From positions 64,001-128,000 of the IMG/VR virus record IMGVR_UViG_3300033066_001283: a stretch of 64,000 nt of DNA. One strand, 5' to 3'. A program made the translations under genes and the position numbers. This document shows, one piece after another, positions 50,988 to 59,703 of this stretch. The notes beneath the pieces are model-generated. The model was not told the DNA's origin. It saw only the letters and a list, made by a program, of their open reading frames with translations, and made no database searches. The DNA is from a virus (taxonomy: Duplodnaviria > Caudoviricetes). Every line of letters begins with the position of its first letter. The first letter of the stretch is position 1.

Positions 50988-51683
50988 TTATCCCCTCAAC
51001 CATTTGGCAGCTTTTATAAGTCCACTTCCAAGTTTTCCAAATTCTTTAAGTTTTCCATTATTAATAGCAATTCTCTCAGCATTACGGATTGAAGCTCCCA
51101 TATTACCTATCCTTCTAGCCCCCCATCCAACAGCTTTATTAAAGTGATCATTCATTAACCCTTCTCCCATAGCAAGTTGATAAGAAGTGATACCAGCACC
51201 AACAGCAAACGCACCATTTGCAAGAGCAGAACCTATTCTACCATTCTGAAGAGCTGAGTAAGCATTTCCAGCAGCATTTACACCTATTAGTCCAGATAAA
51301 GCTGCACCACCGTATCTTAGAGAACTATTACCTGCTCCAAATCCGCCTCTTCTTTTAGCTGTATTTGCTGCCCCTGCTACCCCCGCTGCTCGTCTTGCAG
51401 TCCCTGCTGAAGGTGGTTCCCATCTAACTAGATTAATTCCTCTTTCGCCACGAGCACCGTACTCTCTCCAATCTACATACCCTCCAGTAGCCACACCATG
51501 TTTAGCATTAAATTTTGCTCTATTCAAATTTGCTTGTGCGTGAGTGGATACACCAAATGATACTTTGGGAGATATTTGAGAGGGAGGCAATGTCGAATTT
51601 AGAGCTGTTCCAAGAAGAGATCGTCTTCCCGGAGTCCCTATTTCTCGCCCGTATCCTAAACTCCTTTTTCCTAATCTTGCCAT
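50988..51683 (-). CDS. Gly/Ala/Arg-rich basic protein, possible internal virion protein
   Basis: 231 aa, SD GAGGAG, very few acidic residues. Confidence 0.5.
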   Translation of the reverse strand: MARLGKRSLGYGREIGTPGRRSLLGTALNSTLPPSQISPKVSFGVSTHAQANLNRAKFNAKHGVATGGYVDWREYGARGERGINLVRWEPPSAGTARRAAGVAGAANTAKRRGGFGAGNSSLRYGGAALSGLIGVNAAGNAYSALQNGRIGSALANGAFAVGAGITSYQLAMGEGLMNDHFNKAVGWGARRIGNMGASIRNAERIAINNGKLKEFGKLGSGLIKAAKWLRG

Positions 51684-51712
51684 TTATTTCTCCTCATACT
51701 TAAATAGAGTCA

Positions 51713-52873
51713 TTAGAATAGGTGTGGTAAAACCCTTGCAATATCATCACCAGATAGATTTAAATCGGAATTTGATCCTAAAATGGTTGATCCATACCTA
51801 CCACCAGTTCCCATATCATTTCTGTGGTGCATATGTAGACCATCAAAGAACATTGTTGGTGGTGGAGCAGCTGGTGAAATAGCTTCATGAATCATCTGAC
51901 CTGCACCTAAAAGAAGATTACCAGCAATTAACCTTCTAGCTATTCTAGGATTAGGTGCAATTCTTCTAAAATCGTGTTTATCTAATTTCTGAGAGTTAAA
52001 ATGAGGGAACCAGTCATCTAATGGTGTTTTTCCATTACCAAAGAAGCTTTTAGTTAGTAGACCTCTAGATAATCCTTCAACATCCTTCAGTACTTGTGCA
52101 CCAATCCCCACACCAGTCATTGCAGCATGCATTGCCACATTTCCTAAGCCTACAGGTCCACCCATTCTACCTAAAATACGTGCTGGAATAGCTGTTGCTT
52201 TTCTTTCAATCCAACCAGCTGCTGCTAACCCTTTTTTGCCAATGCTATAGGCCTTATACCTTCCAACCATATTCCCATCTCTACTAGACTGGGAAGTTAT
52301 CCATTCTTGGTACCCTTTAGTTTTACGGAGTTCTCTATCTTTCCTCCATTTATACGCAGCTTTAGGGTCTAATAATCGCTCCTCTTCAGCTGTAGTAAGC
52401 CTATTTACCTCTTTTTCCATCTCATCTGGAGAGATGATAGTACCTCCTGACTTAGCAGCTTCTAAATTAGCCTTTTTTGTTCTTCTTACATACGCATGTG
52501 AGTCTCCTGCCATAGCTGCCCTTCTTTCAGCATATTTTGCATATAAAGGATCGTTCCTAATTATTCGTTTTCCATGTCGTATAGGTTCAGTAAGTTTAGT
52601 TGCTGCATAAATACTTCCCCCAAGTATTAAAGCATCTAATCCATATCCTAAGGGCCCTAACGCACCCGCAGCTCCTGCAAGACCGCCAGCAAATTGGTGC
52701 GAGCCAAACCATGCAGCCCCAGCAATCCCTACGCCAATTCCTCCCCAAGCAAGAGCGTTAGCAGTAGTTCCTGTTAATCTATCTTCCCACATTGAAGCAG
52801 TAGAACCAACGGGATTATTAAAGGCACTTTTAATTCTATCAGCTCTATATCTAAGCTCATCCATTATATTCAT
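51713..52873 (-). CDS. Gly/Ala-rich protein with hydrophobic segments, possible internal virion protein
   Basis: 386 aa; glycine-zipper-like segment ALAWGGIGVGIAGAAWFG. Confidence 0.5.
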   Translation of the reverse strand: MNIMDELRYRADRIKSAFNNPVGSTASMWEDRLTGTTANALAWGGIGVGIAGAAWFGSHQFAGGLAGAAGALGPLGYGLDALILGGSIYAATKLTEPIRHGKRIIRNDPLYAKYAERRAAMAGDSHAYVRRTKKANLEAAKSGGTIISPDEMEKEVNRLTTAEEERLLDPKAAYKWRKDRELRKTKGYQEWITSQSSRDGNMVGRYKAYSIGKKGLAAAGWIERKATAIPARILGRMGGPVGLGNVAMHAAMTGVGIGAQVLKDVEGLSRGLLTKSFFGNGKTPLDDWFPHFNSQKLDKHDFRRIAPNPRIARRLIAGNLLLGAGQMIHEAISPAAPPPTMFFDGLHMHHRNDMGTGGRYGSTILGSNSDLNLSGDDIARVLPHLF

Positions 52874-53561
52874 CGGATTCTTCCTCCTCTTCGAAATCTG
52901 CCTCTAAAATCTCGGGTTTTCGGGTGAAAATGTCCTTCAAGAAGCTATTTCCCTTACCAATTACTGAAGCAAGCTGTGCTCTGTCCTTTCTAGACGCCAT
53001 TAATTGGGTCTGAAGTGCTGAAATCTGCTTCTCAAGCTTCTCATTCTCTTTGTAGAGTGGATGAACAGCCTCTTTCCAGTAAACTTGACCAGTTCTCTGG
53101 TTCACAGCCCCTGGTTCCTTAGTCATCATGCCATCTAAGGCTATTTGCCAGTCAATTCTACGCTTAAAAATGTATAATCTGACCAAACTTGTGACGTTAA
53201 GTATGTCTGTAGCTTGATTTGGGTTAATATCAAGCTCCTTAACTAGGCTGGAGAACTGTTTTAGAGCCTCAACTCGGTCAATTCTACAGTCACTACCTAC
53301 TAAACCTAGGATTTCATTGTCATTTAGCTTACTAATCAGTGGGCATTTATCAGCATAAGGGCAATCTTTACCCTTACAGACCATTGGAACGTCCTCTAAG
53401 ATGGGAATTACCTCTCTTAGCTTGGTTGTTTGCTTAAAAACTGGCTCCCATTTAGTGTCAAAAAGCAAGAATTCTGCAAATTCGATAAGCATTTGGTCAA
53501 ATTGCTCATCATTTATGGGTGTTTTAGGGTCAAATTTAACTATCGCTTCGTGCTTTTCCAT
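52857..53561 (-). CDS. Putative terminase small subunit
   Basis: CKGKDCPYADKC cluster; HPL...LEKQ...LMASRKDR resembles TerS C-terminal helices; lies upstream of terL. Confidence 0.4.
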   Translation of the reverse strand: MEKHEAIVKFDPKTPINDEQFDQMLIEFAEFLLFDTKWEPVFKQTTKLREVIPILEDVPMVCKGKDCPYADKCPLISKLNDNEILGLVGSDCRIDRVEALKQFSSLVKELDINPNQATDILNVTSLVRLYIFKRRIDWQIALDGMMTKEPGAVNQRTGQVYWKEAVHPLYKENEKLEKQISALQTQLMASRKDRAQLASVIGKGNSFLKDIFTRKPEILEADFEEEEESDEYNG

Positions 53562-53958
53562 ATTTATAATTAAAAACTTTTAAACTGAGCTGTGGCTGGA
53601 ACAAACTTAGTATTCTTACTGGTGAATCGAGGTTTTCAAGCTCATACACCTTAAAAAATGTCCCTTTTATCGGCCCATAGCAGTTTTTCCACTCTGTATT
53701 TACTACTCTATGGAAAGCACAATCTCTTAAATAGTCAATTTCATAGAGTTTCGATCCTACTGGGGTAAATTCCTTCATGTGCTTACCCGATAAGATCTCT
53801 CTAAAATCGTCATCATCGAACCCCATGATTCGTACGCTCATATCAATTAGCGTATGTTGAGCAACTGGGTGCTCATAGGGGTATATTAAGTTGAATTTAG
53901 GAAATCTTTTTAATGCATCAAAAGATTCCGCTGGTAGGGGCACATCTATAGACTTCAT
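53536..53958 (-). CDS. Hypothetical protein
   Basis: 140 aa, SD GAGGTG. Confidence 0.5.
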   Translation of the reverse strand: MKSIDVPLPAESFDALKRFPKFNLIYPYEHPVAQHTLIDMSVRIMGFDDDDFREILSGKHMKEFTPVGSKLYEIDYLRDCAFHRVVNTEWKNCYGPIKGTFFKVYELENLDSPVRILSLFQPQLSLKVFNYKYGKARSDS

Positions 53959-54003
53959 AAGTACACCTCTATTGTAGGAAAGTCCTACCTAACAAGTAGA
54001 GGT

Positions 54004-57000
54004 CTATTTAGAGACAATAGCCTTAAATACTTCTCCTAACTTAGCAAAAGCCTCTTTTAGAATTGGTGAAAGGTGTGATGCTGACTCTACCCCACCAATC
54101 AATCTTCCTTCTACTGCTGCCATTCTTTCAGCGTAACCAGCTTGGTATCTTTCTAATCCAGCTGCAACTATTTTTCTACCATCAATCTCTTCACCACTAT
54201 CTAGAAAGAGTTTTGCAGGATCCATTCCTGCAGCTACTGCTTCTAATAGTGTTTGACCCACATGTTCTACCAGATTATTGACCATTCCTTCATCTAATCC
54301 TTGTTCTACCCACATTCTAGCCATCGGCCTTAACTGATCAATGATGGCTGTGCCTTGGTATCTTCTAATAACTGATTCTGTCTCTTCAGTAATAGCAGTT
54401 TCAGTAGAAGTTAATGATCTTCCTGCCTGAACATCCATCCAGAGTCTACTTTTATGCTTATAATTAATTCCATCTTTACTAAACTCAAAAAGCTTTTCTT
54501 CACGGTGTGCAACCAACCGATTATAGTTCTCAGCAGAAGAATCTTTCATGTAAGCATTGAAAGCCTGTTTGGCTGATTCTGAAGTGCTTGCAATATCTGC
54601 TAAAACATCCATCAAGCCCTTATCTTTAGCTCCACCAATTCCTTGAAAGATAAGATTTTCACTTGATTCAAATGAGAAAGGTAATCCTTGATCTTTAATT
54701 GCACCATTAGTACTTAACCATTTACCTAATTCTTTAGTGAAAGAGTAATGTTCTCCCTCATACTCTATTCCAGTTTCCGCTTTAGTGGGCATTTGAAGCG
54801 TTCTTCTATGCTTAGCCTCCCAAGATGAGGATACACCAGAAGAGACGCCTAGAAAGCCCTCTGAGGCGTCAAAAACCCTATTTACAGAAGACTCACCATA
54901 GTGTTTATAGATTGAACTGGCCAACTCTGGCTGAAAATCCTCCATATCTGTTAAAACTAATCTCGCTTTGACGAGTGGGCTATTAGTAAGCTGCTTCATA
55001 GTCTTCATAGTAGCACTCTGATTATTGATTGTTAAGTAGTCACCAATAAATGGTTTCTCACCATGAAGGGTGCCTAATAATCCAATTCCAAACCTAAGTC
55101 CTTCCTTATCTAAATTTCGCATCATTAAGGTTCCAACTAGAACTTTATCTAAATCCTTATCACTATTAAGCTCATTAACTGCCCCAAGTGCCAAACTAAT
55201 GTTCTCATCCCCATAAACTCCATAATTTTGCTGAAGATCTAATAATCGGTAATGCCTAAAACGCATAACATTAGTCTCAGGTGTAATAGCTAATCCACCA
55301 TCAATTTGGGCTACAACATCACTAATTCCTATTGCACCTATTGTTCGTTTTACTTCACCCATAGCCTCTCTATATACATAAGCTCTATCAGCATAGTCAG
55401 CCATACCCATAATGTATGCAATGTATTCCCGATCATTAGGATTCGCCTTTAATGTATTTCTTAGTGTGGCTGGATCAGTCCCCATAGCTGTAGCTGCTTT
55501 AATTAAAATATTATTGTGCTCGAAAATGTAACTAGCAGTAATATTTTCACTTTCACCAAACAATCTATTTGACTCAAGACCGATGCCTTTCTTAGTGAAT
55601 AATGAACCAATGATTTCTGGTAGGTACTGTTCCGGTTGATCTTCTACAACTTCCCCAAACTCATTTAACCTTCTTCTAATTGGTAGGTAGATGCCGTGTT
55701 GTATATTTTTAAATTTTGCATTAGTTGCTTTTCCAGTAGGATCTCTGAAAGTAACTAATTTACCTTCTACCCCGTCAATAGTGTGGAGCTCAAGGAAACT
55801 GAAACGCTCATTTATGTTCTTTCTAGTTTTAGTAAACTGTTTGTAGAATTCAAGTGCTCGTGCAGATGCTTCATGAACTGGGGTTCTAACATCTTTAGTA
55901 TCCCCATAACTTCTTTTGAAAAACATCTCTTCTGGGCGGAAAGCTCCAATCAACTTTCTAGCAAGTTGTTCCCTTGGAAGAATAGCTTCGTTAGCAATAA
56001 CAGCTGCCTGTACCTCTAATGGCATTTGCTCAAAATACTTTCGTTGGCTGGTGCTTTTACCAAATACCTCATCTAATGCATAATCATGAGCAACCATAGC
56101 TTGTAGCTGATGGTACATGGGTGATGAAGCTGTTCCTTTCTGGTTAAGACCAAGATTTTCAATAGCCATCGCCACAAGCCCTTTATCACGAAGTGGATCA
56201 AATAAAGCAAATGCCCCAGTTAAAGCATTATCATCCTCCATCAATTGTGCATACTTATCTGGGTTATCTCTTGCTAACCTGGCTAGAAAATCTTTGAAAG
56301 CAATTAAGTTGGTAACATTTACCTGGTTAGTTCCGAGGCCTACTACTGTATCTCTAGCTCCAATCTCCCACATCTTTGTGAAAGCCTTAACCTGGTTCTC
56401 TTTAGTACTGGTAAAATAATATTCCAGATCTTTTGAAATACCTTTAAACACTGGGTGGTTAGGTCCAACCTCTTTTATTCCCCGAAGAATCTTGTGTGGA
56501 TCTTGCTTATCATAGTGTATAACGTAGGTTAAGTTTGGTGAGTGTGCTGGGAACTTGGTAACAAATCCTCCAAGGCTAATATTACCATTACCCACCCTCT
56601 GCTTCATCTCTTCAGTTTTTCGCTGAAGCCATGCGTTAAAATTAGCTTCAAATGTTGTAACAGATACTTGGTCACCATCAAAGTCACGGTAGAGTAGGTA
56701 AGAAGCTTTTGGGTTCATCATAACAACCTCTTGCCCTGTATTCTCATTCACCTGAATCCTAATATGTATCTCAGTTCCAGGTGGAATAGGAAGCTTCTCA
56801 GTATCGGCCCAGCTTCTTCCCCTCAGTTTTGGGTCCATAGGGAGCGTAGGATCCCAAAATAGCTTCATCATTCTAGTGTGAACATTATCAGCACCAAACG
56901 CTTTACTTAAAAAGTGTTTAACTGCAGCAGGACCTTCTATTCTACTTTGATCATTTCCTAGCTTTGTTAAATTCCTTCCAGCTATATTCCTTAACTGGGC

Positions 57001-57213
57001 TAGAATCGCAGTGTTATCATCAGCAGAATTAATTCCCGCCTTCAACTGTCTCCAAGCGAAGTCAAAGCCAGCTGCAAAAATCTCCCGTTGATTCTGAACA
57101 AAGGGTATTGCTTCAAATTCGCCCCTTATCTCATCAGCAGAAAATAATCTCCCTGAAGAATCTTTAAACCATGTATTAGGTTTAAATGTATACCTTCTAG
57201 CAATCCAGCTCAT
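54004..57213 (-). CDS. Putative phage double-psi beta-barrel RNA polymerase (beta'-like catalytic motif)
   Basis: VVMMNPKASYLLYRDFDGDQVSV (DFDGD at aa 177-181, nt 56671-56685) parallels the beta' pattern xxLNPxxxxxYNADFDGDxMxV. Possible beta-like LHGEK at aa 716-720. Confidence 0.65.
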   Translation of the reverse strand: MSWIARRYTFKPNTWFKDSSGRLFSADEIRGEFEAIPFVQNQREIFAAGFDFAWRQLKAGINSADDNTAILAQLRNIAGRNLTKLGNDQSRIEGPAAVKHFLSKAFGADNVHTRMMKLFWDPTLPMDPKLRGRSWADTEKLPIPPGTEIHIRIQVNENTGQEVVMMNPKASYLLYRDFDGDQVSVTTFEANFNAWLQRKTEEMKQRVGNGNISLGGFVTKFPAHSPNLTYVIHYDKQDPHKILRGIKEVGPNHPVFKGISKDLEYYFTSTKENQVKAFTKMWEIGARDTVVGLGTNQVNVTNLIAFKDFLARLARDNPDKYAQLMEDDNALTGAFALFDPLRDKGLVAMAIENLGLNQKGTASSPMYHQLQAMVAHDYALDEVFGKSTSQRKYFEQMPLEVQAAVIANEAILPREQLARKLIGAFRPEEMFFKRSYGDTKDVRTPVHEASARALEFYKQFTKTRKNINERFSFLELHTIDGVEGKLVTFRDPTGKATNAKFKNIQHGIYLPIRRRLNEFGEVVEDQPEQYLPEIIGSLFTKKGIGLESNRLFGESENITASYIFEHNNILIKAATAMGTDPATLRNTLKANPNDREYIAYIMGMADYADRAYVYREAMGEVKRTIGAIGISDVVAQIDGGLAITPETNVMRFRHYRLLDLQQNYGVYGDENISLALGAVNELNSDKDLDKVLVGTLMMRNLDKEGLRFGIGLLGTLHGEKPFIGDYLTINNQSATMKTMKQLTNSPLVKARLVLTDMEDFQPELASSIYKHYGESSVNRVFDASEGFLGVSSGVSSSWEAKHRRTLQMPTKAETGIEYEGEHYSFTKELGKWLSTNGAIKDQGLPFSFESSENLIFQGIGGAKDKGLMDVLADIASTSESAKQAFNAYMKDSSAENYNRLVAHREEKLFEFSKDGINYKHKSRLWMDVQAGRSLTSTETAITEETESVIRRYQGTAIIDQLRPMARMWVEQGLDEGMVNNLVEHVGQTLLEAVAAGMDPAKLFLDSGEEIDGRKIVAAGLERYQAGYAERMAAVEGRLIGGVESASHLSPILKEAFAKLGEVFKAIVSK

Positions 57214-57218
57214 TAGTT

Positions 57219-57249
57219 AAAATAGAGGCAAAACTAATTCAAGTGTCAA
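57219..57249 (-). promoter_or_regulatory. Possible sigma70-type promoter for the RNAP-like gene (leaderless)
   Basis: TTGACA-19 nt-TATTTT-5 nt-ATG, with no SD. Confidence 0.45.
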
Positions 57250-57330
57250 AAATTAGAACACCCTTCCACCCCAATTAATTTCTCTGTTTCAGAAATAGGT
57301 ACTGTCAAAATAATAATTTCCTAAAACTCA

Positions 57331-58448
57331 GAATTAGACCCACCCCCCATTGAATTAATCCTTCTTAATACTCCAACCATAGTAAGTTGGAAACTTACCC
57401 TTCTTCAATTGATACAAGCCATTTCTTGGAATATTAAATTGTTTAGCTAACTGAGAGATATTATTAGTTACATGCTCATTACCGTTGGGATCAATGAATG
57501 TGGGGTGTATTGTCTCTCCATTCTTTATTCTTACAGAGTTTTCAGCATTTATTTTCGCTATTCTTTCACTCTTTTCAGATGAGTAAATCTTTTCTTTTGC
57601 TGCTTTACGAGGTTTAGGTTGCCATATCTTTTCTCTTTCACCTGGAGGTAAAGAATATCCCTTGTAGGTTTTGCGCGTCCCATTAATAACTCTTCTTAGT
57701 CTTTTTTGCTCTAAATTATTCTCTTCACAAAATAAACTTAAATTTCTAACTGTAAAAGTGGTATTCTGAAAACAAAGTTGATACTCTTTTGAGATTGGTT
57801 TATTTTCCCTGTATTCTCTGGAAATATTTTCTTTTTTATATTTCTCTCGACTCTTAATAACCTTATCAGAAATAGTATACCGTCTGCCGTAATCTTTACT
57901 TCTCTCTAAAGATTCTAATCTTTTAGCATTTCGATATTCAATCCTTTCAGAGTCACTCATACTAGATAGCTTCTTGCGTTTTTCTTGCCCTTCCTTAACC
58001 TTAGTACTAAATTCAGTTTCAGAAATTCTAATTTTATAATTAGGTAGTAGTCCTGGCTTTAGTAGTATATTATACATTTTGTCTTTAGTACATAGACTTA
58101 AGTAATATTCTTCTTTTTCGTTCAGCTGCTCAATCGAGCACTCCTCAATAATTCCCGGTTTAAAGTATTCTTTATCTTTATTCCATGCGTTCTGAAGATA
58201 TGCATTAGAGTGTACCCCTTTCAATAAATCACATCTGTGATCTGTAAATCGTCTAGGTATATGTTTAGATTGTCCTATATACATTTTATCATTTAATGTG
58301 TTGTATAGACAATAGATGCCAGAAACATTTGGAACTTCCTTCCATTCGTATAATGAGATATTCATATAAAAGAATGTAGATCATCCCCTAAAAATCAAGG
58401 CATGTCTGAGTTGGTAATAGACGGGGGCATAGTCGGAATTAGACCCAC
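57331..58448 (+). repeat. 13-bp direct repeat GAATTAGACCCAC flanking the GIY-YIG gene
   Basis: Exact copies at 57331-57343 and 58436-58448. Confidence 0.75.
57355..58365 (-). CDS. Free-standing GIY-YIG homing endonuclease
   Basis: SGIYCLYNTLNDKMYIGQS...RF..H...H.N..LQNAW..., LNEKE, YNI; two NUMOD1-like C-terminal HTH units. Confidence 0.88.
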   Translation of the reverse strand: MNISLYEWKEVPNVSGIYCLYNTLNDKMYIGQSKHIPRRFTDHRCDLLKGVHSNAYLQNAWNKDKEYFKPGIIEECSIEQLNEKEEYYLSLCTKDKMYNILLKPGLLPNYKIRISETEFSTKVKEGQEKRKKLSSMSDSERIEYRNAKRLESLERSKDYGRRYTISDKVIKSREKYKKENISREYRENKPISKEYQLCFQNTTFTVRNLSLFCEENNLEQKRLRRVINGTRKTYKGYSLPPGEREKIWQPKPRKAAKEKIYSSEKSERIAKINAENSVRIKNGETIHPTFIDPNGNEHVTNNISQLAKQFNIPRNGLYQLKKGKFPTYYGWSIKKD

Positions 58449-58538
58449 GAGGGTCGTTTTTATGGGCAATCATGCCTATAGGGAATCATCCCAGTGATGC
58501 TGTGCTCAACAGCTTTTACCTTTGTAGGAGGTAATATC

Positions 58539-58877
58539 GTGTTTAAAATGACAGTAGCCACTATGGCAGCGATCATTCTGCGTAGTAAGGACATGGCAAG
58601 TCCTTCCATCGCTCTCCGTTCAGGCGAGCTTGTCCTCATTGATGGAGATATCAATGACGAGAACCTTCTCATCGTGGATGCGGTGGACACCTCGTTCTGG
58701 GAACAGTGGTTGCCCAGTAATATCCCGTTCCGACATACCTTTGGAACGTTCGAGTCTCAAATGAAGCGGTACGTGAGCCGCTTCAATCGAACTGGTGTAA
58801 AGAATGTCCTCATGGCATTGTCGTATCATGAGGTGCAGTTGAAGAGGAGGTATCCAGAAGAACTGTTTAAAGACTGA
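58539..58877 (+). CDS. Early-region hypothetical protein
   Basis: Start reassigned to GTG 58539 behind AGGAGGT. Confidence 0.65.
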   Translation: MFKMTVATMAAIILRSKDMASPSIALRSGELVLIDGDINDENLLIVDAVDTSFWEQWLPSNIPFRHTFGTFESQMKRYVSRFNRTGVKNVLMALSYHEVQLKRRYPEELFKD

Positions 58878-58944
58878 GCCGAAAGCCAGGGATTTCTCCC
58901 TGGTTATACATAGGGTATGCTCCTATGTACTGATGAGGCAGCAC
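58878..58944 (+). ncRNA. Hammerhead ribozyme, type II (copy 1)
   Basis: GCC-GAAA-stem III GCCAGGGA/TTTC/TCCCTGGT-T-A^-stem I TACATAGG/GTATGCT/CCTATGTA-CTGATGA-GGC. Loop I TGCT can pair with the 3' AGCA. Predicted cleavage after A58906. Confidence 0.9.
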
Positions 58945-58981
58945 TCTCACAACGACCTTTACCTTTGTAGGAGGTAATATT

Positions 58982-59296
58982 ATGCTATTGACATTCACCA
59001 TTCCATCTACTGGGCACATACGCTCAGTGGATCTGAGGGACGAGCTTGTGCATGAGTACAAGCTTTCAATCCAAGAGATGAGCAGGTACTTTAGCCCTGC
59101 TCTTGACAGACAGCGGAGGGCAGCACACAATAAGGTGGCTGCTTCTCTTGTCCCCATTCTCAAGGAAGAACTTCCTGAGGAGGATGATGCTTCTCTCACT
59201 CAAGAGGCCCGTAGGATAGTGACGGGTTTTTTAGAAGAATCCCTGACTGGCCGGAGTATGGTCAGGGAGCTCCTGGACTCCGGTTTACTGCGTTAG
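58982..59296 (+). CDS. Early-region hypothetical protein
   Basis: 104 aa, SD AGGAGGT. Confidence 0.7.
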   Translation: MLLTFTIPSTGHIRSVDLRDELVHEYKLSIQEMSRYFSPALDRQRRAAHNKVAASLVPILKEELPEEDDASLTQEARRIVTGFLEESLTGRSMVRELLDSGLLR

Positions 59297-59308
59297 TTTG
59301 AGTATTGC

Positions 59309-59357
59309 GGTGAACAGTGCCTAACTGTATGGTGTGTAAATCACCTATCTGTAGGAG
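59309..59357 (+). ncRNA. Unclassified two-hairpin intergenic motif (copy A)
   Basis: GGTGA-ACAG/TGCCTAA/CTGT-AT-GGTG/TGTAAAT/CACC-TATC-TGTAGGAG. Confidence 0.55.
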
Positions 59358-59368
59358 GTAAGTAAATC

Positions 59369-59635
59369 ATGCGTTCAATGAACAAAGGAAGTTGGGTGTA
59401 TTTACCAACTCTTATCACTCTTTCGATGCTCCAGGAGCAGAAGGACAGACACTACACCTTCCACCCAGAGGTCTTCTTCGAGGACCTCAATCCTGGGTGG
59501 ACTGAGCAGGTTCTCGGGTTCATGGCGAAGAACCCAACGTGCTCGATGAGCATCGATGCACGGTATCATCAGGACAGCTACTCTGATGGGGAAACCCTTA
59601 GAGGAGAAGGCATGGTGTATTGTCAGACTAGATAA
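59369..59635 (+). CDS. Early-region hypothetical protein
   Basis: 88 aa, SD AGGAGGT. Confidence 0.7.
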   Translation: MRSMNKGSWVYLPTLITLSMLQEQKDRHYTFHPEVFFEDLNPGWTEQVLGFMAKNPTCSMSIDARYHQDSYSDGETLRGEGMVYCQTR

Positions 59636-59636
59636 T

Positions 59637-59703
59637 GCCGAAAGCCAGGGATTTCTCCCTGGTTATACATAGGGTATGCTCCTATGTACTGATGAGGCAG
59701 CAC
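59637..59703 (+). ncRNA. Hammerhead ribozyme, type II (copy 2)
   Basis: Part of a 77-bp exact repeat of copy 1 (58878-58954 = 59637-59713). Stem II can extend to TGCC/GGCA. Predicted cleavage after A59665. Confidence 0.9.

Noticed and set aside
5498-56419. Short plus-strand and alternate-frame ORFs inside long minus-strand genes (e.g. 31229-31462, 41761-42198, 25393-25761)
   Set aside because: They are shadow ORFs that overlap motif-supported genes, lack RBSs and mirror codon bias or repeats.
57214-58440. Group I intron carrying the GIY-YIG gene
   Set aside because: No interrupted host ORF flanks it and no recognisable P7 core was seen; it appears free-standing.
58442-58492. Guanidine-II riboswitch
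   Set aside because: It needs two ACGR-capped hairpins; only one has ACGA and the others have ATCA.
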